From an uncultured Saprospiraceae bacterium (GTDB lineage: Bacteria > Bacteroidota > Bacteroidia > Chitinophagales > Saprospiraceae), in NCBI GenBank assembly GCA_964507535.1, contig CAZDQG010000006.1, positions 53,141 through 117,140 on the forward strand: 64,000 nucleotides of DNA, read 5' to 3'. Shown in pieces: positions 9,861 through 19,600 of the stretch. The position numbers and the translations under genes were made by a program. The notes under the pieces were generated by a model. That model was given only the letters and a program-made list of their open reading frames with translations, made no database searches and had not been told where the DNA came from. Each line of letters begins with the position of its first letter. The first letter of the stretch is position 1.

Positions 9861-12464
9861 ATGCTGTACGTAAAAGACCACCTGCTGGCTATTGTTTGCG
9901 TTTTCGCATCTTTAAGCCTTTTTTCTCAAAACATCCCGACTGTCATCGTTGATGAACAGGATCCTTCATCATTGAGCCCTGTAGCGCGTGAAGTTGTGCT
10001 TGCCAGAAAACAATTTGGAAGCTTCCCTTCCTTTCAGACTCTTCAACTGTCTTCCGAAAGCTTAAAAGCATATCGTGGACGAAATGCGGATAAAATCCAG
10101 GTTCTTAATCTCAATTCTCAGGTGATTGAAAAGCTATTTTCCGCAAGACCTGAACAGGTAAGCCTTGAAATTCCAATGAAATCCCGCGAATCCATTCACT
10201 TGGATCTTGTAAAGTCAGATGTACTTGCAGATGGCTTTCATGTATTTACATCAGACAATGCAAAAACTGCATATCCCTATAAAAAGCCCCTGTATTACAG
10301 AGGTATTGTTCAGGGACATGAACAGCATTCTATAGCTTCTATCAGCATTTTTGAAAATCAGATTATTGGTAGTTTCAATTTAGGAGAAGGTAATTTCGTC
10401 ATCCAACCCAATTCTGAAAATCCAGATCAGTTGATCTTTTTCAATGATCAAGATTTTGTTTCTGATTTTCCCTTTACCTGTTACACGGATGAACTGCAAC
10501 CTGTTCAGAAAGAGGCAAGCCCACGCGGAATCCAGGCTGCCGGAGATTGTGTTCGGGTATACATAGAATGTGACTATGCTTTATACCAAAACAAAGGAGG
10601 CACCACCAATACAGTTAACTGGATTACGGCGGTGTTTAATAATGTCAAAACTCTGTATACTAACGAGAATATCAATACGACGGTCTCTGAAATTTTTGTT
10701 TGGACTACCGCAGACAGTTATTCAAAGACCAGCAGCACTACAGCACTTAATCAATTCAAGAGCCTCCGCCCGACATTTAATGGCGATGTTGCACACCTTG
10801 CAGCATTGGGCGGTAATAATATTGGAGGTGTAGCATGGCTAGATGTCCTGTGTTCCAGTTACAATTACGCTTACAGTAATATTTCTTCAAGTTACAACAC
10901 CGTGCCAACATACAGTTGGACTGTTGAGGTTATGACACATGAAATGGGGCATAATTTAGGATCCAATCATACCCATTGGTGTGGTTGGACCGGGGGTGCT
11001 TTAGATAATTGCTACACTCCTGAAGGGGGTTGTTCAAAAGGTCCGGCTCCAACAAATGGAGGTACGATTATGAGTTATTGCCATTTGACCAGTTACGGCA
11101 TCAATTTCAATAATGGCTTTGGCCCTCAACCTGGAGATAAAATAAGAGCAGAAATTGTTGCTGCCACCTGTTTAGGTACAAGTTGCAGTGGTGGTGGTGG
11201 ATGTAGTGCTCCAACGGGACTTGCAATTTCAAATATCACCCAAACTTCAGCTACCGCTACCTGGAATAGCGTTTCAGGTGCCAATTCTTACAAATTTGAG
11301 TACAAGACAAACTCTTCAGGAACCTGGACGGTAGTTACAACAAGCAATACCAATTACAACATGACCGGGTTAACAGCCGGAACATTATACAATACAAGGG
11401 TAAAAGCAGTATGCTCCTCTGGTGAAAGCAATTATTCTTCCACAGTAAACTTCACCACTACGGGTGGAGGAGGCTGTGGTACTCCAACCAATTTGGCAGC
11501 AAGCAATATAACTTCTACTACTGCTACGGTATCCTGGTCTGCAGTGAGTGGGGCTAGTTCCTATAACTTTCAATACAAACTAAATAGCGGAACAACATGG
11601 AGCCAGGTCAACGTACCCACTACAGCGGTGAATATGACCGGAATGTCACCTGCAACCAAGTACGACGTGCGCGTTCAGGCAGTTTGCTCCGGAGGAAACA
11701 GTGCATACACCGCAACGTTAACCTTTACTACGCTTGCCGGTTATTGTGCCTCCAAAGGCACCAGCTCAAGTTATGAGTGGGTAGCCCGCGTCAAATTGGG
11801 TACAATTGACCGAGTCAGTGGCTCTGATAAAGGCTATTTCGATGCAACTTCTTTGATTACTGATGTAACGAAAGGTAGCAGTTACACTTTAAATTATCAG
11901 GCAGGAAGTACCGGTAGTTCGGGTACGCTATACTGGAGAATTTGGATTGATTTTAATAATAATAATTCTTTTAATGATGCCGGTGAGCAAGTCGTTTCGG
12001 TAGCGACTTCAAGTCTGTCCCTTCAGTCTGCAACAATTTCTATTCCGACCGGAGCAGCAACCGGTACCGTGCGTATGCGGGTATCCGTTCGTTACGGAGG
12101 ATGGCCCACTTCGTGTTTGAATTTCCCTTATGGAGAAGTTGAAGATTACAGTATAAATATAAAAGCAGCGGGTGGGCTTGTCAATCCCGGAACAGCTGCT
12201 TCCGGTGAAATTACCAACATGGATGTTTTTCCAAATCCTTTTAATGACTTCGTCCATCTCGAATTTAATTCAACAGCTGAACAAATGATCGACGTTGAAT
12301 TGCTTGATCCGCTGGGCAGAATTCTTTTCCATGATAAAAGATCCGCATCTGTCGGAATCAATCATTGGGAAATACATACCGACAAAATTCAAGCTGCAAA
12401 TTATATTGTAAGAATCCGAAGCGATAGAGAAAGCCATCACAAAAAATTGATTAAACTGGATTAA
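9861..12464 (+). CDS. T9SS-secreted reprolysin-like (M12B-type) zinc metalloprotease with 2x FN3, GEVED domain and C-terminal sorting domain
   Basis: 867-aa ORF with signal peptide. HEMGHNLGSNHTH matches HExxHxxGxxH. Two tandem FN3-like modules. The literal YGEVEDYSI motif is present. C-terminus MDVFPNPFNDFVHLEF...IVRIRS...KLIKLD is typical of T9SS CTDs. Confidence 0.85.
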   Translation: MLYVKDHLLAIVCVFASLSLFSQNIPTVIVDEQDPSSLSPVAREVVLARKQFGSFPSFQTLQLSSESLKAYRGRNADKIQVLNLNSQVIEKLFSARPEQVSLEIPMKSRESIHLDLVKSDVLADGFHVFTSDNAKTAYPYKKPLYYRGIVQGHEQHSIASISIFENQIIGSFNLGEGNFVIQPNSENPDQLIFFNDQDFVSDFPFTCYTDELQPVQKEASPRGIQAAGDCVRVYIECDYALYQNKGGTTNTVNWITAVFNNVKTLYTNENINTTVSEIFVWTTADSYSKTSSTTALNQFKSLRPTFNGDVAHLAALGGNNIGGVAWLDVLCSSYNYAYSNISSSYNTVPTYSWTVEVMTHEMGHNLGSNHTHWCGWTGGALDNCYTPEGGCSKGPAPTNGGTIMSYCHLTSYGINFNNGFGPQPGDKIRAEIVAATCLGTSCSGGGGCSAPTGLAISNITQTSATATWNSVSGANSYKFEYKTNSSGTWTVVTTSNTNYNMTGLTAGTLYNTRVKAVCSSGESNYSSTVNFTTTGGGGCGTPTNLAASNITSTTATVSWSAVSGASSYNFQYKLNSGTTWSQVNVPTTAVNMTGMSPATKYDVRVQAVCSGGNSAYTATLTFTTLAGYCASKGTSSSYEWVARVKLGTIDRVSGSDKGYFDATSLITDVTKGSSYTLNYQAGSTGSSGTLYWRIWIDFNNNNSFNDAGEQVVSVATSSLSLQSATISIPTGAATGTVRMRVSVRYGGWPTSCLNFPYGEVEDYSINIKAAGGLVNPGTAASGEITNMDVFPNPFNDFVHLEFNSTAEQMIDVELLDPLGRILFHDKRSASVGINHWEIHTDKIQAANYIVRIRSDRESHHKKLIKLD
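11190..11736 (+). repeat. Tandem duplication encoding two FN3-like modules inside the metalloprotease gene
   Basis: GGGGCSAPTGLAISNITQTSATATWNSVSGANSYKFEYK...VKAVCSSGESNYSSTVNFTT is followed directly by GGGGCGTPTNLAASNITSTTATVSWSAVSGASSYNFQYK...VQAVCSGGNSAYTATLTFTT. Confidence 0.85.
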
Positions 12465-12491
12465 TCATCCTCTCAGGGAATGAGAGAAAAT

Positions 12492-12524
12492 AAAAAAGGC
12501 CTGACATTATGTTGGGCCTTTTTT
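12492..12524. terminator. Bidirectional intrinsic terminator between convergent genes
   Basis: AAAAAAGGCCTGAC / GTTGGGCCTTTTTT forms a roughly 14-bp stem (two G-U pairs) with loop ATTAT. An A-run precedes it and a T-run follows. It sits between the stop codons at 12464 (+) and 12597 (-). Confidence 0.75.
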
Positions 12525-12596
12525 ATTTCATACTCTCAAGCATACTAACAGAAGTTAGTTACATTCACAGGCTAAAACCATCCTGGTACCGGGCTT

Positions 12597-13007
12597 TCAC
12601 CAAACGTATTGCTTTTTATTCATAAGCAACGCTTCCCCTGTAAACGTTTGCTCCCCGTTACTGAGGTCGTAAATGGCACAGTCATAAAGTACCCTGCTTT
12701 TTTCAGGAAAAATTTCTTTGACAGTAATGACTGCCTCATAATCCGTATCTACAAACATTGGTTTCAACCACTGCATGGACTGTTTCAGATACACATGTCC
12801 ATCTGCCATCCACAATGCTCCAAAAATTTTTGTAAATACAGATCCACCAAGGAACCCATGAATAATGTTACGCCCAAAAATGCTCTTCAGGCCAGCCTCC
12901 GCATCGATGTGCAATGGGTTTGTATCGCCCGATACTTTGGCATACAGGTTTACATCTTCTTGAGTATACCTGAACTGATGCTTAAATTGATCTCCTATTT
13001 TTAGCAT
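12597..13007 (-). CDS. phaJ: MaoC-like (R)-specific enoyl-CoA hydratase (hotdog fold)
   Basis: 136-aa ORF. YAKVSGDTNPLHIDAEAGLKSIFGRNIIHGFLGGS matches the MaoC dehydratase motif (GDxNPxHxD ... HG). Divergent from the PHA synthase genes. Confidence 0.75.
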   Translation of the reverse strand: MLKIGDQFKHQFRYTQEDVNLYAKVSGDTNPLHIDAEAGLKSIFGRNIIHGFLGGSVFTKIFGALWMADGHVYLKQSMQWLKPMFVDTDYEAVITVKEIFPEKSRVLYDCAIYDLSNGEQTFTGEALLMNKKQYVW

Positions 13008-13057
13008 ATTTAACGATTATTAATAATTTCTTTGCAGATATCCGATTTTTTTTGTAG

Positions 13058-13065
13058 TATGTTTG
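13058..13065 (+). promoter_or_regulatory. TAnnTTTG -7 element upstream of the phaE-like gene
   Basis: TATGTTTG lies 35 nt upstream of the ATG at 13101, inside the N-terminal extension of the ORF-track model. This argues for the downstream start. Confidence 0.3.
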
Positions 13066-13100
13066 CAGTGCAAAGAAACAATATAAATACTATTAATTTA

Positions 13101-14564
13101 ATGATTATGGAAACGACAAACAACAAATCCAAAGGCGTGATGGACACTTTAATCGAAAACCAAGGCCAAATGGTAGATCATTTGGTAGATGCAACGAAGA
13201 AATTAACGAAGGATGTTCCTTTTGTTTCTGAAACATTGGATAAAGGAAATAAAATGTACAAGGAAGCAATTCATGCGCAAGCTGAACTCCTTGATAAAAC
13301 GCAGCAATCAATCAACGAAACAGCAAAAAACATGAATCAGTCTACAGAAGCCATCCGCAATTTTTTCTCGCAATGGTTCGAAAACCAGATGAACTGGGCA
13401 AAGCACAATTTTCAAACGCCTATGTCTGGTACGCCAAATTTTTCAAACAATCCTTCTGATTGGTCAAACAATTGGCAGAACTGGATGAATCAAATGAACA
13501 GCTATTGGAATCAAAGCAGCAACATGGCTCCTTTTTTCCAAATGATGAACAGCAATCCATTTATGAACATGAATGGGATGCAATCAAAAATGAATGATTT
13601 CAATAACCAGTGGTCGCATTACGTCAAGCAGTACTTTGATATGATGCAGAATGCCTCCGGAGAATGGTGGAAACAATTTCCAAACCTTACGGCAGCTGAG
13701 TCCTATCAGGGAATGAACAAAATGGTTGAGAGTCTCGGTAAATTTTATGAACTCTGGTCTCCAATGTTCAAAAATATCCAGGACAATACATTCAACATGG
13801 ATTCTTACCGCGAGATGATGAGCCCAGAGAAGTACAAAATATTTATTGATCGTTTTTTCAGCTTCCTTCCAGATGATTCGAGAAAGCAGTTTGACGAATA
13901 CAATAAGAATTTTGTTCAGATGATGAAACAATTCAGTGAAATGGGATTGAGCAATTATCAGAATATGAAACATCAATTCCAGAGCAATCCATTCATGAAT
14001 TCAAATCCATTCAATCAGATGTTGGAAATGTATTCAAGCTGGAAAACCGCTATGACGAATGCTGTATCACCTCTTTCAAGACTTTTTGAAAGCAATGCAA
14101 ATGTGAAAAATGCACAAGTCTGGAATGAAATTTACGACAGAATGCTTGAATTAAATGTAAAAAACAACCAGCTCCAGTATTTGGTCTATCAGAATGGTCT
14201 TAAAGTAATGGATAAACTGGCTGAAAAGACCAGTGAGAAAATCCAAAAAGGTGAACACATTGACAGCATCGTTAAACTCTATCAGGAATGGATGATGTTG
14301 GGAGATGAGGTATTTACGTCTCTTTTTGAAAGCGACGCATATAGCAAATTGATGACAGAGGTAAACGCACTTCAAATGAAGATCAAGCAAGATCTTGATG
14401 TTCAAATGGAAAAAATGTTTTTCACAAACCTTCCAATTGCAACACGGACGGAAATGGATGAAGTTTACAAATCCATGTACGATCTGAAGAAAACGATTCG
14501 CGAAATGGAGCGAATGATGAAACATGAAGCTCCGGTAGCGGATAAAACTTCAAAAAAGAAGTAA
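13101..14564 (+). CDS. phaE: PHA synthase subunit PhaE-like protein, unusually long and Asn/Gln/Met/Trp-rich
   Basis: ORF lies immediately upstream of a class III phaC. W/Q-rich strings (FFSQWFENQMNWAKHNF, WWKQFPN, ELWSPMF) and a coiled-coil-like C-terminus fit PhaE/phasin-like proteins. Assignment rests mostly on context. Start chosen at MIMETT (13101); the ORF track starts at 13032. Confidence 0.55.
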   Translation: MIMETTNNKSKGVMDTLIENQGQMVDHLVDATKKLTKDVPFVSETLDKGNKMYKEAIHAQAELLDKTQQSINETAKNMNQSTEAIRNFFSQWFENQMNWAKHNFQTPMSGTPNFSNNPSDWSNNWQNWMNQMNSYWNQSSNMAPFFQMMNSNPFMNMNGMQSKMNDFNNQWSHYVKQYFDMMQNASGEWWKQFPNLTAAESYQGMNKMVESLGKFYELWSPMFKNIQDNTFNMDSYREMMSPEKYKIFIDRFFSFLPDDSRKQFDEYNKNFVQMMKQFSEMGLSNYQNMKHQFQSNPFMNSNPFNQMLEMYSSWKTAMTNAVSPLSRLFESNANVKNAQVWNEIYDRMLELNVKNNQLQYLVYQNGLKVMDKLAEKTSEKIQKGEHIDSIVKLYQEWMMLGDEVFTSLFESDAYSKLMTEVNALQMKIKQDLDVQMEKMFFTNLPIATRTEMDEVYKSMYDLKKTIREMERMMKHEAPVADKTSKKK

Positions 14565-14581
14565 TCATTAAATAACTCAAT

Positions 14582-14612
14582 AAAAGCCTGGATGTTTGTT
14601 CAGGCTTTTTTT
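14582..14612 (+). terminator. Terminator-like hairpin between phaE-like and phaC
   Basis: AAAAGCCTG (14582-14590) pairs with CAGGCTTTT (14601-14609) across a 10-nt loop, followed by T-run TTTTTT. Starts 18 nt after the phaE-like stop. Confidence 0.6.
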
Positions 14613-14619
14613 ATTTTTG
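14612..14619 (+). promoter_or_regulatory. TAnnTTTG -7 element overlapping the terminator T-tail, upstream of phaC
   Basis: TATTTTTG lies 23 nt upstream of the ATG at 14643. Confidence 0.3.
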
Positions 14620-14642
14620 GCCCTCAAATTCAAATCTTTACA

Positions 14643-15695
14643 ATGATCAATACGAATTCCATATTCAACGAAATGGTGCAAATAAACGATAAACTCCAAA
14701 AGGGTTACCGCACCTTAAAAGATATCGACAAAGTTGAAGTTGCCACAACTCCTAAAGAGTTGGTTTGGGAATGCGACAAAGTCAAAATGTATCATTATAT
14801 CCGGCAGACCCCGCCAAAATGCAAGATCCCAGTATTGGTGTCTTTTGCAATTATGAACCGTCATGATGTTTTGGATCTGCAACCTGATAGAAGTTTAATG
14901 AAAAAACTTCTGGAAGAAGGTCTTGATATTTACATTATGGACTGGGGATACCCAACCCGGGCTGATCGATATATAACCATGGAAGATTACATTTTGGGTT
15001 ATATGAACGATGCAATTGACTTTGTTCGGGAAAGACATAATGCCCCAAAAATTCACAAAATGGGTATTTGCCAGGGAGGCTTGTTTAGTTTGATTTATGC
15101 TGCGATTCATCCTGAGAAGCTTCAAACCCTTACGACTTATGTTGCTCCTTATGATTTTACAAATGCCAACTGCAATATGCTTTACAATTGGGCTAAAAAC
15201 CTGGATGTAGATGCAATGGTGGATTCTGTTGGCCTGGTTTCTGCCGACATGCTCAACAGCGCATTCAGCATGTTAAAACCAAGTATGGATGTTGCTAAGT
15301 ACTTTGGGGTAATGGATATGATGGAAGACAAAGAAAAACTGATGAATTTTCTACGCATGGAAAAGTGGAAAAATGATTGTCCTGACCTCTCTGGTGAAAT
15401 GTACAGAAAGTATATAAAAGACTTTTTCCAGGACAATAAACTCATTAAGGGTACATTTGAGCTTAATGGGAAGAAAGTGGATCTTAAAAATATGAATATT
15501 CCTTTCCTGAATGTCTATGCGACAGATGACAATATTATACCTAATACCTCTACTACTGCAGTTATGGACTATATCGGTAGTAAAGACAAGCAGCTTTATG
15601 CTTTTCCGGGCGGCCATATAGGTGTGTTTGTGGGTGCTAAATCACAGAAAGAATTGGCCCCGTCCGTAGCAAAATGGGTAATGGACCGCTCCTAA
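14643..15695 (+). CDS. phaC: Class III poly(R)-hydroxyalkanoate synthase catalytic subunit PhaC
   Basis: About 350 aa from MINTNSIF (the ORF-track start at 14592 lies inside the hairpin). Lipase-box GICQGG (GxCxG, catalytic Cys). Alpha/beta-hydrolase layout with late FPGGHIGVF (His). Confidence 0.85.
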   Translation: MINTNSIFNEMVQINDKLQKGYRTLKDIDKVEVATTPKELVWECDKVKMYHYIRQTPPKCKIPVLVSFAIMNRHDVLDLQPDRSLMKKLLEEGLDIYIMDWGYPTRADRYITMEDYILGYMNDAIDFVRERHNAPKIHKMGICQGGLFSLIYAAIHPEKLQTLTTYVAPYDFTNANCNMLYNWAKNLDVDAMVDSVGLVSADMLNSAFSMLKPSMDVAKYFGVMDMMEDKEKLMNFLRMEKWKNDCPDLSGEMYRKYIKDFFQDNKLIKGTFELNGKKVDLKNMNIPFLNVYATDDNIIPNTSTTAVMDYIGSKDKQLYAFPGGHIGVFVGAKSQKELAPSVAKWVMDRS

Positions 15696-15738
15696 AAAAC
15701 AATAGAATTTTCAGATCCAATTTTAAATGAAAAACAAT

Positions 15739-15769
15739 AAAAAGGTCGGGTTAATACCCGACCTTTTTT
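15739..15769 (+). terminator. Rho-independent terminator after phaC
   Basis: AAAAGGTCGGG / CCCGACCTTTT stem with loop TTAATA, followed by a T-run. Confidence 0.75.
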
Positions 15770-15914
15770 ATTTGATCAAAATTCAACTTGTTGTTTCCTT
15801 TAACAGGCCAGAGCTTCTGTAAAACAGAATACTCAATCCTATAGCAGAAGCTCGCGCTAATTTAGTAACCGGTTCTAAATTATATCCAATTCTCCAATGA
15901 CTTGATGTAATCCA

Positions 15915-15940
15915 CAAAATGTTCCACGTGGAACATTTTG
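15915..15940. repeat. 26-nt perfect palindrome CAAAATGTTCCAC|GTGGAACATTTTG
   Basis: Read directly from the sequence. Lies 10 nt downstream of the stop of the minus-strand MBL hydrolase gene. No U-run follows on either strand. Confidence 0.9.
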
Positions 15941-15949
15941 CAATGGCTT

Positions 15950-16585
15950 TCACGAAAGAAAAGGATTTGTAAGGATTTCTTGTCCAATTGTAGTAATACC
16001 TCCATGTCCCGGATAGACGACCACGTTATTTCCCAAAGGAAACAACTTTTTCCGTATACTATTTATTAGCGTATTGTAGTCCCCGCCCGGCAAATCGGTT
16101 CTACCTATACTTCCCTCGAATAAAACATCTCCAGCTATAAGCACTCCATGTGCTTTTGAAAAAAAGCAAATACTGGCGGGACTATGCCCTGGTGCTAAGA
16201 TGCATTCCCAGGTTTCGCCGTCCAACTCAAGGACATCATTCTCCTCTAAAAAAACATCAGGATCGGGTACTGGTTTATAGTCAATTCCATAGAACTTTGA
16301 AACCATGATCCCTGATCTTAATGTCTCCAGCTCGCCCTTATGCATTTCAGGTTTTAAGCCATACTTTTCTAAAAGGAACGAGCACCCTAAGATATGATCA
16401 ATATGGGCATGCGTCAACAATAACCGTACTGGAACCAAATTGTAGCTTTCTAAAAATGAAACAAGCTGAGCTTCCTCTTGTACATCACTACATCCTGGAT
16501 CAATAATCCAGCAATTTCCTTTGTCTGAATAAATTACATAAGTATTTTCATAAAAGGGATTAAAACAGAATACTTTAATATGCAT
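15950..16585 (-). CDS. MBL-fold metallo-hydrolase (glyoxalase II-like)
   Basis: 211-aa ORF with THAHIDH (HxHxDH) and downstream PGHSPAS and GDVLF metal-ligand regions. Confidence 0.85.
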   Translation of the reverse strand: MHIKVFCFNPFYENTYVIYSDKGNCWIIDPGCSDVQEEAQLVSFLESYNLVPVRLLLTHAHIDHILGCSFLLEKYGLKPEMHKGELETLRSGIMVSKFYGIDYKPVPDPDVFLEENDVLELDGETWECILAPGHSPASICFFSKAHGVLIAGDVLFEGSIGRTDLPGGDYNTLINSIRKKLFPLGNNVVVYPGHGGITTIGQEILTNPFLS

Positions 16586-16624
16586 TGAACACTTTATTTT
16601 GCAGGTAATATTGAATAGAACACT

Positions 16625-19600
16625 TTGAAAATAATCATTTCCATATTATTTCTTTTTCTGTGCATGATCCTACATGCACAAAACGCCAAAGAAACTTTCG
16701 GTAAAAATAAAGTACAATACTCCGACGACCAATATGATTGGTGGATGTACGAAACGAATAATTTCATAAGCTACTGGTATGGAAAATCAAAATCCGTCGC
16801 CAAATTCTGCATTGAGATCGCAGAATCAGAAAATCAACAAGTACAACGCCTTTTTGAATACCATTTAAAAGATAAAATCGAACTGATCATATACGCAGAC
16901 CATTCTGATGCAAGTCAGTCAAATATCAGTCTTAACGACTTTCAATTTGAAAAAAACTGGGACCAGGAGCCGAAAATAAAAGGGCAAAAAATGATCTTAT
17001 ACTTCGATGGCGATCATAATAAATTGCGTGCTAAACTCAGGGAAGGAATCATAAAAATGTACCTGAGCTCTATGTTTGATGGAACAGCATTTCAAGACGC
17101 GGTTCAAAAAGTAATCTCTCTAAAATTACCGGATTGGTTTGAATATGGGCTTACCATGTATCTAAACGAAGGATGGTCTTCGAAATCGGAAGAGGAATTT
17201 TATGAGAAATGGAAACACAACTCTTTCAAAAAATTTTCAAAAAAGGAATTTAAACTTGCTGGATTATCCTTCTGGAATTACCTGTCCAATAATTATGGGC
17301 AACAGGTAATTCCAAACTGGCTGTACATGACCCGCATCCAAAAAGACATTTATGAAGCATGCCAGCTCGTCTTAAATCAAGACTTTGAACAACTAGAAAA
17401 AGACTGGTATTCATATTACCTAAACTTAGACACTAAAACTTATGAACAAGGGAGAAAAACGAGCAACATTCCCCTACATCTCAAAAAGGAAGAAGAAATA
17501 TGCTCTATCTATCCTTCCATAGACGATACTTCACTCACCATAGCTACAAACCAACTAGGAATTATGAGAATAAGGCAGGTCCTTTTAGCTACTGGTAAAA
17601 CCACAAGACTTTTCAAATACGGTTACAAATCAAAACTAAACCGACCAGATGTCAACTATCCTATATTTTGTCCCAAAGTAAATCAGGGTACAAACAAGGT
17701 TATTTTCGAAAAAAGAAACCGGGTATATATAAAAATACTATCAGGAAAAGGGTCTCCCGGAAATGACAATATTCTAAAACTACCTGAAGATATTCAACGT
17801 GTATACCACGGTGTACAAAAAAACGACAGAGAACTATTCCTTGTCGCCTATATAAACGGGGCTACCAGACTCATCCTATATTCGATCAAATCCAGACAAT
17901 ACACTTTTGTGAATAATGACAGCTGGGATAAACTGAATTTAGAATATAAAGCTGACCAAAAGGACAAATGTATACTCTTCACAAACCGACCCAATAATGA
18001 CAGCATTATTAATGAATCCAATTCAGTTGAACTTTTAAATCCGTTCTATCTTTTTGAACTACAACTTGACGAAAAAGACAAATCGAAAAAAATCAAACCT
18101 CTCCTCGATTCAGGCACGCTTATAAAAAAGTGGATTCCTTTCAAAGAAGGCATTTTCGTACAAAAAAAAGAAGATCTATCTGAAAACTGGTATGTATTAG
18201 ACCGGGAAATGAAGCCTAAACGCATACAAAATACAGAAAATGCAGAATGGGTTTTTTCCGGAAATGATGCAGGTACTATATTCCTAATAAAGAAAATCAA
18301 AGGAAAATACATCATACACAAGGAGTTCCTTACACTTGTTAGTTTAAGTATTTCTGAAAAACAAATCTCTGAACGTGTAAGCTACAACAGCCTCAATAAC
18401 AACATGGATACCTTGAATGATTACCATTATTTTCAATCTACATTTGGCAACCCTTCTAATATCCAGGACTTATATCAGGAATTTAATAAAAAAACCAGCT
18501 CAAGAAATTCAACACAACTTCAAACAGAAAACCACTTTACAAGCCATACTGTTCCAACAATACAAGCATACAAACCGGAACAAGCTATCGCATATCGCAA
18601 TCGTTTTAAAATAGAAGAGCTATCCTGTACTTTAAATAACGATCTATTATTTAGCGGCTTAAATACCTATACGGGAAGGTCGTCAGAATTTAATACTCCA
18701 GAATTGGGAATCTTATTTAAAACACATTTGCTCGATATTCTGGAGAACCACGCAATTGAATCAGGAATCCGCATCCCAACAACATTTAATGGTTTAGAAG
18801 CATACATTCTTTATGAAAACCGTATCAAAAGAGTTGATGCCAATTATGCCCTATATTTTAAAACTACAACAGAATCTTTTAGTGCATCTCCTAACCTCAT
18901 ACATAAATTACAAACCAATACCTGGTTAGTTAATCATCAACTAAAATATCCCATAGATCACTATAGAAGCCTTCGCCTAAATTCAACTTTACGCTCTGAT
19001 CATCAATTCTATCTCGCAACAAACAGAGCCAGTCTTGAAGACTCTACAGACCGTTACCAACAAAGAATAGGATTTCGTCTTGAATATATATTTGATAATG
19101 CCCTGGATCTTTCACTAAATCTAAAAACCCAAACACAACTCAAAGTATTTTTTGAAACATCAAAAAGATTCGCACTAAACACACAACAACGAAGCACAAT
19201 ATATCCTGGATTCCTATTCCTTGCAGGATTTGATGCAAGACATCATATCCCCGTCTTTGGTAGATCAAGTTTTTCAAATCGGGCCTACAGTCTTATCTCC
19301 TTTGGTAAAGAAAGGATTTTACAGCATGTCGGTGGTACGGAGAACTGGCTTGTTCCAAAATATGCAAGTACAAACCCATTGGAAACCTCTGGAGAATACG
19401 TGTATTCCTCTCTTACGACTGAAGTTAGAGGTTATGAATATGGTTCAAGAAAAGCTTCTTCTGTTTTCGGAATTAGCTCTGAACTTCGGATTCCAATTTT
19501 CCAATACTTATTACAACAAAACTGGAAAAACAATCTTCTCAAAAACTTTTTACTCATTGGTTTTTTTGATGCCGCCGTCGTATGGGATGGCTTTCTTCCC

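Noticed and set aside
12609-13004. 131-aa ORF exactly antisense to the phaJ-like gene
   Set aside because: It mirrors the full length of a gene with a clear MaoC motif. Its product is Cys/Phe/Ile-rich with no motif. This is a typical shadow ORF.
13584-14525. 130-aa and 124-aa ORFs antisense to the phaE-like gene
   Set aside because: AT-rich, codon-biased sense sequence (many AAT/ATG/CAA codons) leaves the opposite strand stop-poor. The products are low-complexity F/H/I-rich with no support.
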